Origin: a virus
Lineage: Duplodnaviria; Caudoviricetes
Direction: 5' to 3' (one strand)
IMG/VR virus record: IMGVR_UViG_3300027963_003275
Location: 10,774-74,773 of that record
DNA: 64,000 nt
Position 1 is the stretch's first letter, and each line of letters opens with the position of its first letter. Both the position numbers and the translations under genes were made by a program. This document shows, piece by piece, positions 38,057-47,332 of the stretch. The notes beneath the pieces are model-generated. The model worked only from the letters and a program-made list of their open reading frames with translations. It was not told the DNA's origin and did no database searches.

Positions 38057-38079
38057 GGTCCCCGAAAGGGGACTTTTTT
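38057..38079 (+). terminator. intrinsic terminator
   Basis: GGTCCCC-GAAA-GGGGACT then T tract. Confidence 0.88.
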
Positions 38080-38084
38080 ATGCC

Positions 38085-38229
38085 TTGACAACATTGGCAT
38101 CCAGTGGTATGATAAATAGATGTTAAGGAATCAACACATTTCTTAATCTTCTGCAACCGAGACCATCAGAAGTAAAGCATCTCTCATACCTGCACTGGAG
38201 GGTGTCGTGGAGTATACTGTACTTGTTCA
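38085..38229 (+). promoter_or_regulatory. psbA-type promoter plus truncated PhotoRC-II-like leader (first copy)
   Basis: TTGACA-N17-TATGAT; shares TATGATAAATAGATGTTAAGG and TTTCTTAATCTT with the psbA leader; GGAGG-loop hairpin present; ends at GTTCA. Confidence 0.7.
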
Positions 38230-38230
38230 A

Positions 38231-38238
38231 TATAAATA
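38231..38238 (+). promoter_or_regulatory. T4-type late promoter
   Basis: TATAAATA 22 nt before ATG 38261. Confidence 0.75.
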
Positions 38239-38260
38239 AGATACATATGAAATTTATAAA

Positions 38261-39421
38261 ATGTCCCTATCCACCAATACCGTTTATAGAGTTTTTGTAG
38301 AAAAACTTGGTGGTGCTAATCCAACTACCTTTGTGGGGGATGAAGGTGAAGTATTTTATAATCCAAATGATGGTGTTCTAAAAATATCAGATGGTTCTAC
38401 TCCAACTGGAATAGTTATGAACCCAATAATGCCAGTTGGTTTTTTTACACCACCAGATAATCACTGGTATGTAAATCCAAATAGAACTGATACATACACT
38501 TCAACTGGTTCTGTTGCTGCTCCTTATAAAACTGTTGGTGCAGCATTAAGTGCAATTCAAAATGCTCTACAAACTGGAATTGTATCTTTTACTGATAATG
38601 GAGATAGTATTGCAAATCCACAATTTGTTATTCTTCAAAGTTCTACAACAGAGAATATAGGACTTACAACAGGACACATTTATATTCAAGGAGATACTAC
38701 AAGTGGTTCTCAAATGCCCATATGGATTTATGGAACAGTCACCATCAATCCAACAGGAGGAACTTTATATCAAAACCGATTTGGACTTTCTAATCTTGGT
38801 ATTGTAAATACTGGAAGTATTCCAGGTATTGCAGCAACGCACTCATTAATAGTTACTGGTTCAGCACCTCTTCGTTGTTATCTAAATGATTGTAATATCA
38901 TTGCAGGTTCTACAGGAAATCAGGCAATTTTTATGGATAATAGTGGAACTGGAACTCAATTATATGCAGAAGTTCAACAATTATCCAGAGCAGGTACAGC
39001 AGGAACTGATTATATTGCAAAAGTCAGTAAAGGATATGCATTTTTTAGTAACTGCTCAACTGGTGGTTCAACTGCTACATTTAATGTAAGTGGAACAGGA
39101 ACTCTACAAATCCAGTATAGTAAAATTGAAAGTGCTGGAGAAGCCTGTGTAAAAGTTGATGGTGGAACTGCTATAGTTACTAGCACATCTCTAACAAATA
39201 CTGTAGGACATGGAGTATCAATGACTGCTGGTACTCTTGTAACAATCAATAATTACTTTGATATACCTACATCTCCTGCTACTAACAGAGCAATTGCTGG
39301 TGTCTCTGGAGTTTTCGTTTTTCATTCCAATACAGTAGTTGCTTATTTAAAAAATTCAAAGTATAGCACTGCAATTGGTGCTGGATATATTGGATTAGTA
39401 ACTGCATTAACTGCATTATAA
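38261..39421 (+). CDS. putative virion protein with beta-helix (pectin-lyase-like) character
   Basis: N-terminal FVGDEGEVFY.P..G.LKISDG attachment-like motif, GS.AAPYKT...A, G/T/S-rich beta repeats. Confidence 0.6.
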   Translation: MSLSTNTVYRVFVEKLGGANPTTFVGDEGEVFYNPNDGVLKISDGSTPTGIVMNPIMPVGFFTPPDNHWYVNPNRTDTYTSTGSVAAPYKTVGAALSAIQNALQTGIVSFTDNGDSIANPQFVILQSSTTENIGLTTGHIYIQGDTTSGSQMPIWIYGTVTINPTGGTLYQNRFGLSNLGIVNTGSIPGIAATHSLIVTGSAPLRCYLNDCNIIAGSTGNQAIFMDNSGTGTQLYAEVQQLSRAGTAGTDYIAKVSKGYAFFSNCSTGGSTATFNVSGTGTLQIQYSKIESAGEACVKVDGGTAIVTSTSLTNTVGHGVSMTAGTLVTINNYFDIPTSPATNRAIAGVSGVFVFHSNTVVAYLKNSKYSTAIGAGYIGLVTALTAL

Positions 39422-39439
39422 TTTATTTGAGGAAGGGGG

Positions 39440-39468
39440 TTGACAGGATTTGCTGACAATGCTATGAT
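39440..39468 (+). promoter_or_regulatory. psbA sigma70-type promoter
   Basis: TTGACA-N17-TATGAT. Confidence 0.85.
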
Positions 39469-39499
39469 AAATAGATGTTAAGGGATGTAACGTTTCTTA

Positions 39500-39620
39500 A
39501 TCTTGCCGCACCAGGAATAGGCAAGTAAAATCCGTCCTTATACCTACGCAGGAGGGTTGCGTAGGAATACTTTTACCGTTCAGCACCTCCTGAACTATTA
39601 CCTACCCCTTTAACGAAAAA
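39500..39620 (+). ncRNA. structured psbA 5' leader (PhotoRC-II-like motif)
   Basis: CCTACGCA-GGAGGGT-TGCGTAGG and GTTCAG-CACCTC-CTGAAC hairpins with complementary loops (GAGG/CCTC); position typical of the cyanophage PhotoRC-II motif. Confidence 0.7.
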
Positions 39621-40700
39621 ATGACTGCTACAATTGCTACACGCAAAACTTTTAATGTCTGGGACGAATTCTGCTCCTGGGTGACTTCTACCGATAACCG
39701 TCTTTATGTTGGTTGGTTCGGTGTTCTGATGATTCCAACGTTGCTTGCTGCAACCACTTGTTTTATCATCGCATTCATCGGTGCTCCCCCTGTGGACATT
39801 GATGGCATTCGTGAACCTGTTTCTGGTTCATTAATGTATGGAAACAACATTATCTCTGGTGCTGTTGTTCCTTCCTCTAATGCTATTGGACTTCACTTGT
39901 ATCCTATCTGGGAAGCTGCTTCTCTGGATGAATGGTTATACAATGGTGGACCTTTTCAACTTGTTATATTTCACTTTCTCATTGGTATCTTTTGCTATAT
40001 GGGTCGTGAATGGGAACTCTCTTACCGTCTAGGTATGCGTCCTTGGATTATGGTTGCTTACTCTGCACCTGTTGCTGCTGCGACTGCCGTATTCCTGGTG
40101 TATCCTTTCGGTCAAGGTTCTTTCTCTGATGCTATGCCTTTGGGCATTTCCGGTACTTTTAACTATATGCTTGTCTTCCAGGCAGAACATAACATCCTTA
40201 TGCACCCATTCCACATGCTTGGAGTTGCTGGTGTCTTCGGTGGTTCACTTTTTAGCGCAATGCACGGTTCGCTAGTGACTTCTTCACTGGTTCGTGAAAC
40301 TACTGAAACTGAATCGCAGAATTATGGTTATAAGTTCGGACAAGAAGAAGAGACATACAACATCGTTGCTGCTCATGGTTATTTTGGTCGTCTTATCTTC
40401 CAATATGCGTCCTTTAATAACTCGCGTTCATTGCACTTCTTCCTGGCTGCTTGGCCTGTTGTAGGCATCTGGTTCACTGCTCTTGGTGTATCCACGATGG
40501 CTTTCAATTTGAATGGACTGAATTTTAACCAATCGATCCTTGATAGTCAGGGTCGTGTTGTAAACACCTGGGCTGATATCCTAAATCGTGCCAATCTTGG
40601 GTTTGAGGTGGTTCACGAGAGAAATGCACATAACTATCCTTTGGATCTTGCTGCAGTATCTACTACTGAAGTTGCTTTGACTGCTCCAAGTATTGGATAA
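39621..40700 (+). CDS. psbA: photosystem II D1 protein (E130 form), intronless
   Basis: Full D1 sequence: [38 protein letters not shown]. Confidence 0.99.
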   Translation: MTATIATRKTFNVWDEFCSWVTSTDNRLYVGWFGVLMIPTLLAATTCFIIAFIGAPPVDIDGIREPVSGSLMYGNNIISGAVVPSSNAIGLHLYPIWEAASLDEWLYNGGPFQLVIFHFLIGIFCYMGREWELSYRLGMRPWIMVAYSAPVAAATAVFLVYPFGQGSFSDAMPLGISGTFNYMLVFQAEHNILMHPFHMLGVAGVFGGSLFSAMHGSLVTSSLVRETTETESQNYGYKFGQEEETYNIVAAHGYFGRLIFQYASFNNSRSLHFFLAAWPVVGIWFTALGVSTMAFNLNGLNFNQSILDSQGRVVNTWADILNRANLGFEVVHERNAHNYPLDLAAVSTTEVALTAPSIG

Positions 40701-41049
40701 GTTTAGATAAAATCTGAATATTATCCCCAACTAATCCGAGTGCAGTGTTGCAGTTATTGCATAACACTCCTCGGATTTTTTCTTTATTGTGGCAGTGGTC
40801 AATACATTTTTTATTTGTTATATCTCTACTACATACTTGGCAGTTATCGTGCTTCATAAGTTCATTATATTCTGCTTCCGATAATTTGAATTTTCTCCTC
40901 ATATATTCGTGAGGTTTATAATATTGCTTTCTATTTTTAGTAGAACATTCTTTACATTTTGGTTGAAGTCCTATTTTGCCAGAACTATAAGTTCTTTTAT
41001 GGAACAAATCTTCTGATAGTTCCATCTCACAAGAAGTGCAAGTTTTCAT
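40663..41049 (-). CDS. endonuclease VII-family homing endonuclease (F-CphI-like)
   Basis: Zn motifs CTSC/CKEC, CQVC...IDHCH....[12 protein letters not shown]; convergent with and overlapping psbA. Confidence 0.85.
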   Translation of the reverse strand: MKTCTSCEMELSEDLFHKRTYSSGKIGLQPKCKECSTKNRKQYYKPHEYMRRKFKLSEAEYNELMKHDNCQVCSRDITNKKCIDHCHNKEKIRGVLCNNCNTALGLVGDNIQILSKLIQYLEQSKQLQ

Positions 41050-41074
41050 TATTGTAATGCGTATTTTCTATACT

Positions 41075-41082
41075 TATTTATA
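41075..41082 (-). promoter_or_regulatory. late promoter for the endonuclease
   Basis: TATTTATA on + = TATAAATA on -, 25 nt upstream of the start. Confidence 0.75.
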
Positions 41083-41100
41083 ATAAATAATCAATAAAAA

Positions 41101-41166
41101 ATGCTCCTCATCCTCATACTCTTCCAACTCTTCGGAGTGTTCCTCTTTCTAATGTCCCTACTATGA
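41101..41166 (+). CDS. tiny hydrophobic peptide (21 aa)
   Basis: MLLILILFQLFGVFLFLMSLL*; ATGA-coupled to the next ORF. Confidence 0.4.
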   Translation: MLLILILFQLFGVFLFLMSLL

Positions 41167-41291
41167 TTTCCTCACACACCCCATATAAACTCGCAGAGAT
41201 TATCAGAGATACGTGGTATAATCTATATACACCAACCAAGTACAATCAAATTCACAAACAACTTAAATTGAGAGAGAAACCAAAAAAATGA
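41163..41291 (+). CDS. small hypothetical protein (42 aa)
   Basis: MISSHTPYKLAEIIRDTW...; ATGA overlaps at both ends. Confidence 0.6.
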   Translation: MISSHTPYKLAEIIRDTWYNLYTPTKYNQIHKQLKLREKPKK

Positions 41292-41605
41292 ACAAGTATA
41301 ATACCGAAGATTACTTTTCCGTCATTGAGACTAAGACTGGTAGAAAAATTGTAGATTGTGGTGACGAACAAGATGCTCATGCAATGGTTGCATTTGATCC
41401 TGCCAATCGCACTTATACCAGGAATAAGTTTCTGATGGGTCAAGTGATTGATATAGTGATGCCCAAAGCACTTCCTACCAATGAGATAGTCCAAGGTGCT
41501 ACTGGTAGTTCTTCGGAAATTCCAACTGCAACTGGTGTCAATGGACCTGGACCACTACCTCAAATCAAACTACCAGAAGGACAACAAGAACCCTTTGTGG
41601 TATGA
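41288..41605 (+). CDS. hypothetical protein
   Basis: 105-aa ORF with coupled starts and stops. Confidence 0.7.
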   Translation: MNKYNTEDYFSVIETKTGRKIVDCGDEQDAHAMVAFDPANRTYTRNKFLMGQVIDIVMPKALPTNEIVQGATGSSSEIPTATGVNGPGPLPQIKLPEGQQEPFVV

Positions 41606-41799
41606 ATCACCGAAAGCATAAACAATCTGATAATCTTAAAAAGAAGAGGATGTACACACCTGAGGGTTACCTAAAAGATCCCCCAGATACTAAATGTCCA
41701 TACTGTGGGGAAACTAAAAAAGCATGTTCTTATGTAAATAGTTTATCAAGAGCATGGGCACGAGATGCCTGTGCTCATAAATACAAAAAAAAACTATAG
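41602..41799 (+). CDS. hypothetical Cys-containing basic protein
   Basis: CPYC...C...C; 65 aa. Confidence 0.65.
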   Translation: MNHRKHKQSDNLKKKRMYTPEGYLKDPPDTKCPYCGETKKACSYVNSLSRAWARDACAHKYKKKL

Positions 41800-41806
41800 C
41801 AATTAA

Positions 41807-43390
41807 ATGGGAAGATACATTAAGACAAGAATTGTTACTAGTGGATTGATTTATGTGAATGATGCAGGAAATACTAAGTCATATTCTGGTGTTGGAACAG
41901 CAGTTAAAAACTTAGTCGGTTATGGTGCGACTAATACAACATTTAATCAAACATTTGTATCTTCAGGGACAACAAGTTATTTTGTATCAACAGGTTCAAC
42001 TTCTTATATAAGCAATACAAATGTTTCTGTATCTGCTTCAACAGGTCGTGGATTTACTATTTGTATGATGATTAAACCACAAACTTTAACGAATAGTGAA
42101 TGGAATTATTGGTTTCAACAGGATAGCTCTAGGTCTTCCGTACAATTTGGAAGATATGGAACTTCTGGTGGATGGGAGATGAAAGATAATGCAAAACAAG
42201 AAGGAGAAAAAACATTCACTTCAGTTGGCACTACAACTTGGACGGTTCCAGTTGGTGTAACTACTATCACTGCTATTTGTATTGGTGCTGGAGGAGGTGG
42301 TGGAGGTCATAATTTTGATGAAGGAGGAGGTGGAGGTGGAGGTGGAGGACTGTCATTTGGTTCTACTATATCTGTAACTCCTGGTGATATTTTGTATATA
42401 AGAGTTGGTTCTGGTGGAACTGGAGGAATTTCAACAACTTCAAGTAGTTCCAATGTTGCTGGAGCAGGTTCAACTGGAGGATCAAGTTATATAAAAACAG
42501 GATCACATTCTGGAACTTCACTTCTTGAGGCTTTTGGTGGAACTGGAGGACAAGGAGGTGATGGTCCAGGATCTCCAAATCCTGGAGTTGGTGGAACATC
42601 TGGTGGAACTGCTAGAACTAATGGTGGTTCTGGTGGAATTGGAGGAAGAGGGGGAAGTTTTTATTCTGGTGGAGGTGGTGGTGCTGGTGGATATACTGGA
42701 GTTGGGGGAACTGGTGCTATGTCTTCTGGGACTACTGCTTCAGATAGAGCTACCTCTGGTCTTGGAGGTGGTGGTGGAGGGGGAGGAAATAGCCAACCCA
42801 GCACACTTATCAATTCATATACAGAAATTTTAAATTCTGGTGGTGGAGTTGGGATATATGGATCTGGATCTAACGGATCTGGAGGAAACTACACATCAGG
42901 ATATTCTAATAGGGGTGGAGGTGGAGGAAGTTCAGGAACAACTGGAGATTCTGCTGGGGGACTTTATGGTGGAGGTGGAGGAACAAGACCAGAGAGTACT
43001 CTGGGAATTAATTTTGTAAGAAATGGTGGAACTGGTGGACAAGGTGCTGTAAGAATTGTCTGGGGAAGTGGCAGATCGTATCCAACCACTAGTATTTCTA
43101 ATACTCCCATACCACCAAAACAATCTACATCTTTTTCTGATTGGACTTTTGTTGTTTGTGGAGTAACAACAAACTATTATACTTTTATATCAACTAATGG
43201 AAGCACTAAGACCTTGGGATCTTCTAATGATTGGAACAACTCTGATGAAATTAATTTGGATAAAATATTTGGAACAGGAACAAACAATTATAGTTGCTTA
43301 TGGAATAATGTGATGATTTATAATCGTGAATTAACAAATGATGAAATTCAAATAAACTTTGAAGCATATAGACGTAAGTTTAATCTTTAA
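41807..43390 (+). CDS. Gly-rich fibre/adhesin-like protein, paralog 1 (LamG-like ends)
   Basis: GLIY..DAGN.KSY.G.GT start, TWTVP.GVT...GGGGGG core, GAVRIVWG, IYNRELT..EI..NF end. Confidence 0.75.
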   Translation: MGRYIKTRIVTSGLIYVNDAGNTKSYSGVGTAVKNLVGYGATNTTFNQTFVSSGTTSYFVSTGSTSYISNTNVSVSASTGRGFTICMMIKPQTLTNSEWNYWFQQDSSRSSVQFGRYGTSGGWEMKDNAKQEGEKTFTSVGTTTWTVPVGVTTITAICIGAGGGGGGHNFDEGGGGGGGGGLSFGSTISVTPGDILYIRVGSGGTGGISTTSSSSNVAGAGSTGGSSYIKTGSHSGTSLLEAFGGTGGQGGDGPGSPNPGVGGTSGGTARTNGGSGGIGGRGGSFYSGGGGGAGGYTGVGGTGAMSSGTTASDRATSGLGGGGGGGGNSQPSTLINSYTEILNSGGGVGIYGSGSNGSGGNYTSGYSNRGGGGGSSGTTGDSAGGLYGGGGGTRPESTLGINFVRNGGTGGQGAVRIVWGSGRSYPTTSISNTPIPPKQSTSFSDWTFVVCGVTTNYYTFISTNGSTKTLGSSNDWNNSDEINLDKIFGTGTNNYSCLWNNVMIYNRELTNDEIQINFEAYRRKFNL

Positions 43391-43434
43391 AAATTAAATT
43401 TTTAAAATAAATAAAAATAAAAATAAAAAGTATA

Positions 43435-45048
43435 ATGACAATAGCACATAGTCCTCGTATTGTTATTAATGGATTGATTTATGCGAATGATGCGGGAAAT
43501 ACTAAGTCATATTCTGGTGTTGGAACAGCAATCAAGAATCTAGTTGGTTATGGTGCGACTAATACAGCATTTAATCAAACATTTGTATCTTCAGGGACAA
43601 CAAGTTATTTTGAATCAACAGGATCTTCATCTTATATAAGCAATACAAATGTAAGTGTAAGTGCCTCTACGGGAAGAGGATTTACGATTTGTATGATGGT
43701 AAAACCACAAACTTTAACGAGTAGTGGATGGAATTATTGGTTTCAACAGGAAAGTTCTATAACTTCAGTACAATTTGGAAGATATGGAACTTCTAATGGA
43801 TGGCAGATGAAAGATAGTGCTGCTCTTGATGGAGAGCAGGTATTAACTACAGTTGGTACTACAACTTGGACTGTTCCTGTTGGTGTAACTTCTGTCACTG
43901 CTGTTTGTGTTGGTGGTGGTGGAGGTGGAGGTGGATTTAGTCCATCATCATCAGGTGGTGGTGGTGCTGGAGGAGGTGGTGGAGGTGGAGTTGCTTATGG
44001 TTCTTTTTCTGTAACTCCTGGAGATACTCTTTATATTAGAGTTGGTTCTGGAGGTACTGGAGGTATTTCTCAGTTTTCTCCTACTAATGGAACTTCAGGT
44101 CAATCAAGTTATATAAAAACAGGATCACATTCTGGAACTTCACTTCTTGAAGGTGGAGGTGGAGGTGGTGGAGTAGCAGGTTCAATTGGTGATTTTGGTA
44201 CTAGTGGAAGTGGAGGTTCTTCTACAGGAACTGCAAGAAGTGGTGGAACATCGGGTGGAACTGGTGGAGCTGGATCTTCTGCTTTTCGTGGTGGTAGAGG
44301 TGGTGGAGGAGGTGGAGCAGGTGGATATGGAACATCAGGATTTGGTGGTGGAAATGGAGGAAGCAATGTGACCGATCTCACAGATAATACAGGTGGATAT
44401 GGAACCAATGGTGCAGGAGGTGGCGGTGGTGTTTCTAGTAGCTTAAGTAGTGATGTGAATAATTATGGTGGTGGAGTCGGTATATATGATGGGACTAGAT
44501 TTACTGGTGCAGTTGGTGCCCCAGGGGGTGAGACTGCTCTTCCTGGGTCTAATAATTCTGGTGGTTTTGGTGGAAATTCTAGTGGGGGTACTAGTTTGAG
44601 TGAAACTACAAAATCAGTTGCTGGAAGTTATGGAGGAGGAGGAGGTACGATGAGGGCCAACACTACTACTTTTGTAAGAAGTGGTGGAACTGGTGGTCAA
44701 GGTGCTGTGAGAATTGTTTGGGGTTATGGTAGAAATTTTGCTAATAATACTTCAATTGGATCAAGCATACCATCAACACAAACAGTATCATTTAGTGATT
44801 GGACTTTTGTTGTTTGCGGAGTAACAACAAACTACTATACTTTTATATCCACAAATGCATCTACTAAAACTTTAGGTTCTTTGAATGATTGGAACAACTC
44901 TGATGAAATTAATTTGGATAAAATATTTGGAACAGGGACAAGTAATTATGATTGCTTATGGAACAATGTGATGATTTATAATCGTGAATTAACAAATGAA
45001 GAAATTCAAATAAACTTTGAAGCATACAGACGTAAGTTTAATCTCTAA
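43435..45048 (+). CDS. Gly-rich fibre/adhesin-like protein, paralog 2
   Basis: Same architecture as paralog 1; near-identical N- and C-terminal blocks. Confidence 0.75.
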   Translation: MTIAHSPRIVINGLIYANDAGNTKSYSGVGTAIKNLVGYGATNTAFNQTFVSSGTTSYFESTGSSSYISNTNVSVSASTGRGFTICMMVKPQTLTSSGWNYWFQQESSITSVQFGRYGTSNGWQMKDSAALDGEQVLTTVGTTTWTVPVGVTSVTAVCVGGGGGGGGFSPSSSGGGGAGGGGGGGVAYGSFSVTPGDTLYIRVGSGGTGGISQFSPTNGTSGQSSYIKTGSHSGTSLLEGGGGGGGVAGSIGDFGTSGSGGSSTGTARSGGTSGGTGGAGSSAFRGGRGGGGGGAGGYGTSGFGGGNGGSNVTDLTDNTGGYGTNGAGGGGGVSSSLSSDVNNYGGGVGIYDGTRFTGAVGAPGGETALPGSNNSGGFGGNSSGGTSLSETTKSVAGSYGGGGGTMRANTTTFVRSGGTGGQGAVRIVWGYGRNFANNTSIGSSIPSTQTVSFSDWTFVVCGVTTNYYTFISTNASTKTLGSLNDWNNSDEINLDKIFGTGTSNYDCLWNNVMIYNRELTNEEIQINFEAYRRKFNL

Positions 45049-45071
45049 ATAATCATAAGTTGCAAATACTT

Positions 45072-45443
45072 ATGGTTCCTCTACATTCGTTCAAGGACTA
45101 TCTGTTTAATCTAGAGACAACAAGTAAAGCAGAAGCAAAACGAATGTGGAGGAGGATTATAAAAGAACAATGGGAACATAAGTGTGCCTATTGTAATTCA
45201 GAAGACAATATCACACTAGACCACATCACTCCACAGTGTAAGGGTGGTCTGGACATTAAGACTAATGTAGTTGCTTGCTGTCATTCGTGCAATCAATCTA
45301 AGGGACATACTCCTTGGGAGCAGTGGTATTATAATCAAGACTTCTTTACAGAAGCAAAAAGAGATGCTATAGTAAAATGGATGAAACCAGAAGAAAATTC
45401 AAATCTATATAAGTATAGACCAAGAAGAAATAATGCGTCTTAA
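45072..45443 (+). CDS. HNH endonuclease
   Basis: CAYC...TLDHITPQCKGG...NVVACCHSCNQSKG. Confidence 0.9.
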   Translation: MVPLHSFKDYLFNLETTSKAEAKRMWRRIIKEQWEHKCAYCNSEDNITLDHITPQCKGGLDIKTNVVACCHSCNQSKGHTPWEQWYYNQDFFTEAKRDAIVKWMKPEENSNLYKYRPRRNNAS

Positions 45444-45448
45444 CATTC

Positions 45449-45544
45449 ATGGATGATGGTAGTATCTACCCCATTGCAGCAAATGTAATGGGGACCTTAA
45501 TTTCAATTTTAATAATTCTTATACCCTTATTAATAATTTTATGA
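45449..45544 (+). CDS. small single-TM peptide (31 aa)
   Basis: MDDGSIYPIAANVMGTLISILIILIPLLIIL*; ATGA overlap with glutaredoxin. Confidence 0.45.
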   Translation: MDDGSIYPIAANVMGTLISILIILIPLLIIL

Positions 45545-45789
45545 ATTTTACAGTTTATTCAAAAAAAGGTTGTCCTTATTGTGACAAAATTAAAATGGTT
45601 TTGGGTGATTTGAGTGTCAAAAAAGGATACCCAGTTATTTGTTATGAACTTGGAACTGAATTTACAAGAGAGCAATTCTATGCTGAATTTGGAGAAGGTT
45701 CTACATTTCCACAAGTTGTTTTTGAACAAAAACATATTGGTGGATGTAGTGATACCGTGAAGTACTTACAAGAGAATAATATGTTTTAA
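45541..45789 (+). CDS. nrdC: glutaredoxin
   Basis: CPYC active site, TFPQV, IGGC. Confidence 0.93.
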   Translation: MNFTVYSKKGCPYCDKIKMVLGDLSVKKGYPVICYELGTEFTREQFYAEFGEGSTFPQVVFEQKHIGGCSDTVKYLQENNMF

Positions 45790-45974
45790 TGAGTACTATA
45801 AATAATTCTGGAAGAACAGACATCAATCGTGGTGTTGAGTTATTACTTCGCAAAAAAGGAGGGACAAATCAACCAGAATTGGATTCCAGACAGTTCAGTT
45901 TTGGGAAAATGTTTTCTCTTTTTAAACGAGAGATACATTTTAAAATTGAACTAAGAGTGGCAAAGAAAACGTAA
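45789..45974 (+). CDS. hypothetical protein
   Basis: INRGVELLLR motif; TAATG coupling. Confidence 0.7.
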   Translation: MSTINNSGRTDINRGVELLLRKKGGTNQPELDSRQFSFGKMFSLFKREIHFKIELRVAKKT

Positions 45975-45991
45975 TCTCTTGGAGAAAAAAA

Positions 45992-46222
45992 ATGTTAGCA
46001 TCAGAACTCACCATTTTCACTATATTAACTTTTTTATTTTTACTTGTGGGTGGAGTAATAGGTTGGCTAACGAAGTCTCACTTGTATGAAAATCAAGTTA
46101 GACAATTTTACACTCATCCAGAAATGTTTGATGAGAACGGTAATCTTATACCAGACGAAATTTTAGCAGTACGATTTGAAAATTATGACGACGACAACGA
46201 CGACGAAGAAGACAGAGACTGA
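45992..46222 (+). CDS. hypothetical membrane protein
   Basis: TM helix, HPEMFDENGN, acidic tail. Confidence 0.75.
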   Translation: MLASELTIFTILTFLFLLVGGVIGWLTKSHLYENQVRQFYTHPEMFDENGNLIPDEILAVRFENYDDDNDDEEDRD

Positions 46223-46742
46223 ACTCGAAATTCTTCCTCCAAATCCATTTATATTTGAAATCCTTGCTCTTGCTTCAAAACAAAGATCAAAGGCAAAGAA
46301 AGTAGAAGTTCTTAAAACCTACGAACACGATTCATTAAAAGCAATTTTTATTTGGAATTTTGATGAATCAATAATATCTGTTTTACCAGAAGGTGATGTT
46401 CCATTTTTTGGTGAGAATGATATGAAGATATCAACAATGTCTGAAAGAATTGAAGATGCAATCAAGCAAATGAATGGTTCATCAATAGGAGCACTTGATC
46501 AAAGATATTCTACAATTCGTAAAGAATATACTAAGTTTTATAATTTTATTAAAGGTGGAAACGATACATTGAATGGAATTCGTAGAGAAAATATTTTTGT
46601 AAATCTTTTGGAAGGTTTGCATCCTTTGGAAGCAGAAATTCTTTGTTTGTGTAAAGATAAGAAACTTGAAAGTAGATATAAAGTCAATAAAGAGATTATT
46701 TCGGAAGCATACCCTGATATTGTTTGGGGAAATAGAGGTTGA
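46185..46742 (+). CDS. conserved T4-like cyanophage hypothetical protein
   Basis: WNFD...S.LPEG.VP, RRE..F..LLEGLHP.EAEIL. Confidence 0.75.
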   Translation: MTTTTTTKKTETELEILPPNPFIFEILALASKQRSKAKKVEVLKTYEHDSLKAIFIWNFDESIISVLPEGDVPFFGENDMKISTMSERIEDAIKQMNGSSIGALDQRYSTIRKEYTKFYNFIKGGNDTLNGIRRENIFVNLLEGLHPLEAEILCLCKDKKLESRYKVNKEIISEAYPDIVWGNRG

Positions 46743-47017
46743 AAACTGGAGGAAAAATATTGAATATTATACATAAAGACTGCGATAAATCATTATCAAA
46801 AGATACAAGTCTTCCTATTAATTCTTATCTTGTGACGTATCTTGTAAAAGATACAGAAAAATATGATATAGTACAAGCAGGTGGTAAGGTTGAAGTGTTT
46901 GATACTTATTATGATGAGTATGGAAAGGGAGCACTGAAAGAAATTAAATGGACTGATGGAAAAATAAATCCAAAGATGTATGGGTATGTTCCCAAAGAAA
47001 CGAAAAAACGCAGATAA
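46739..47017 (+). CDS. hypothetical protein
   Basis: 92-aa ORF; LP.NSYLV.Y, FD.YYD.YG. Confidence 0.7.
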   Translation: MKTGGKILNIIHKDCDKSLSKDTSLPINSYLVTYLVKDTEKYDIVQAGGKVEVFDTYYDEYGKGALKEIKWTDGKINPKMYGYVPKETKKRR

Positions 47018-47085
47018 AAGTAGCAGCACGATACAAAAAAAATATCTGTTGCTACTTTTTCATGTTTATGCTAATATATACAGTA

Positions 47086-47127
47086 CGTTCAACCCATTTT
47101 GGGTCGGAAGTAAGCCGACGCGGAACG
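47086..47127 (+). ncRNA. glutamine riboswitch-like aptamer 1 (glnA/Downstream-peptide type)
   Basis: P1 CGTTC/GAACG, P2 ACCC-ATTTT-GGGT, CGGAAGTAA segment as in the glnA motif. Confidence 0.7.
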
Positions 47128-47130
47128 GAT

Positions 47131-47299
47131 CGTTCATCTATGGAAACACTCTTACTCAGTTGTCTTCAGGCACAATTGATTATTGGAAGAGTTATGAAGG
47201 CAAATATGCCTCCACAAACTCGTAATGATTTAATTTGGGAAATCAAAAAGGTTACTCCCAAAAGGTGTAAAATAGACGCAAACGCCGACTGAAGGAACG
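47131..47299 (+). ncRNA. glutamine riboswitch-like aptamer 2 with ~130-nt P2 loop
   Basis: CGTTCA-TCTAT (47131-47141) ... ATAGA-CGCAAACGCCGACTGAAG-GAACG (47272-47299). Confidence 0.6.
47140..47292 (+). CDS. 50-aa ORF embedded in aptamer 2
   Basis: METLLLSCLQAQLIIGRVMKANMPPQTRNDLIWEIKKVTPKRCKIDANAD*. Confidence 0.6.
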   Translation: METLLLSCLQAQLIIGRVMKANMPPQTRNDLIWEIKKVTPKRCKIDANAD

Positions 47300-47332
47300 C
47301 TCTTTAATCTAAACAACTAAGGAGAAAACCTA

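Noticed and set aside
39621-41300. Group I intron in psbA, or a psbD gene downstream
   Set aside because: psbA is an uninterrupted 359 codons and no D2 sequence is present in the window
41807-45048. Diversity-generating retroelement (template/variable repeat pair)
   Set aside because: No reverse transcriptase in the window, differences are not adenine-specific, and both copies are full genes
47020-47056. Possible NtcA boxes upstream of the glutamine-riboswitch-like element
   Set aside because: GTAGCAGCACGATAC has 9-nt spacing and ATATCTGTTGCTAC lacks the first G of GTA-N8-TAC. The segment is equally explained as an imperfect inverted repeat or terminator.
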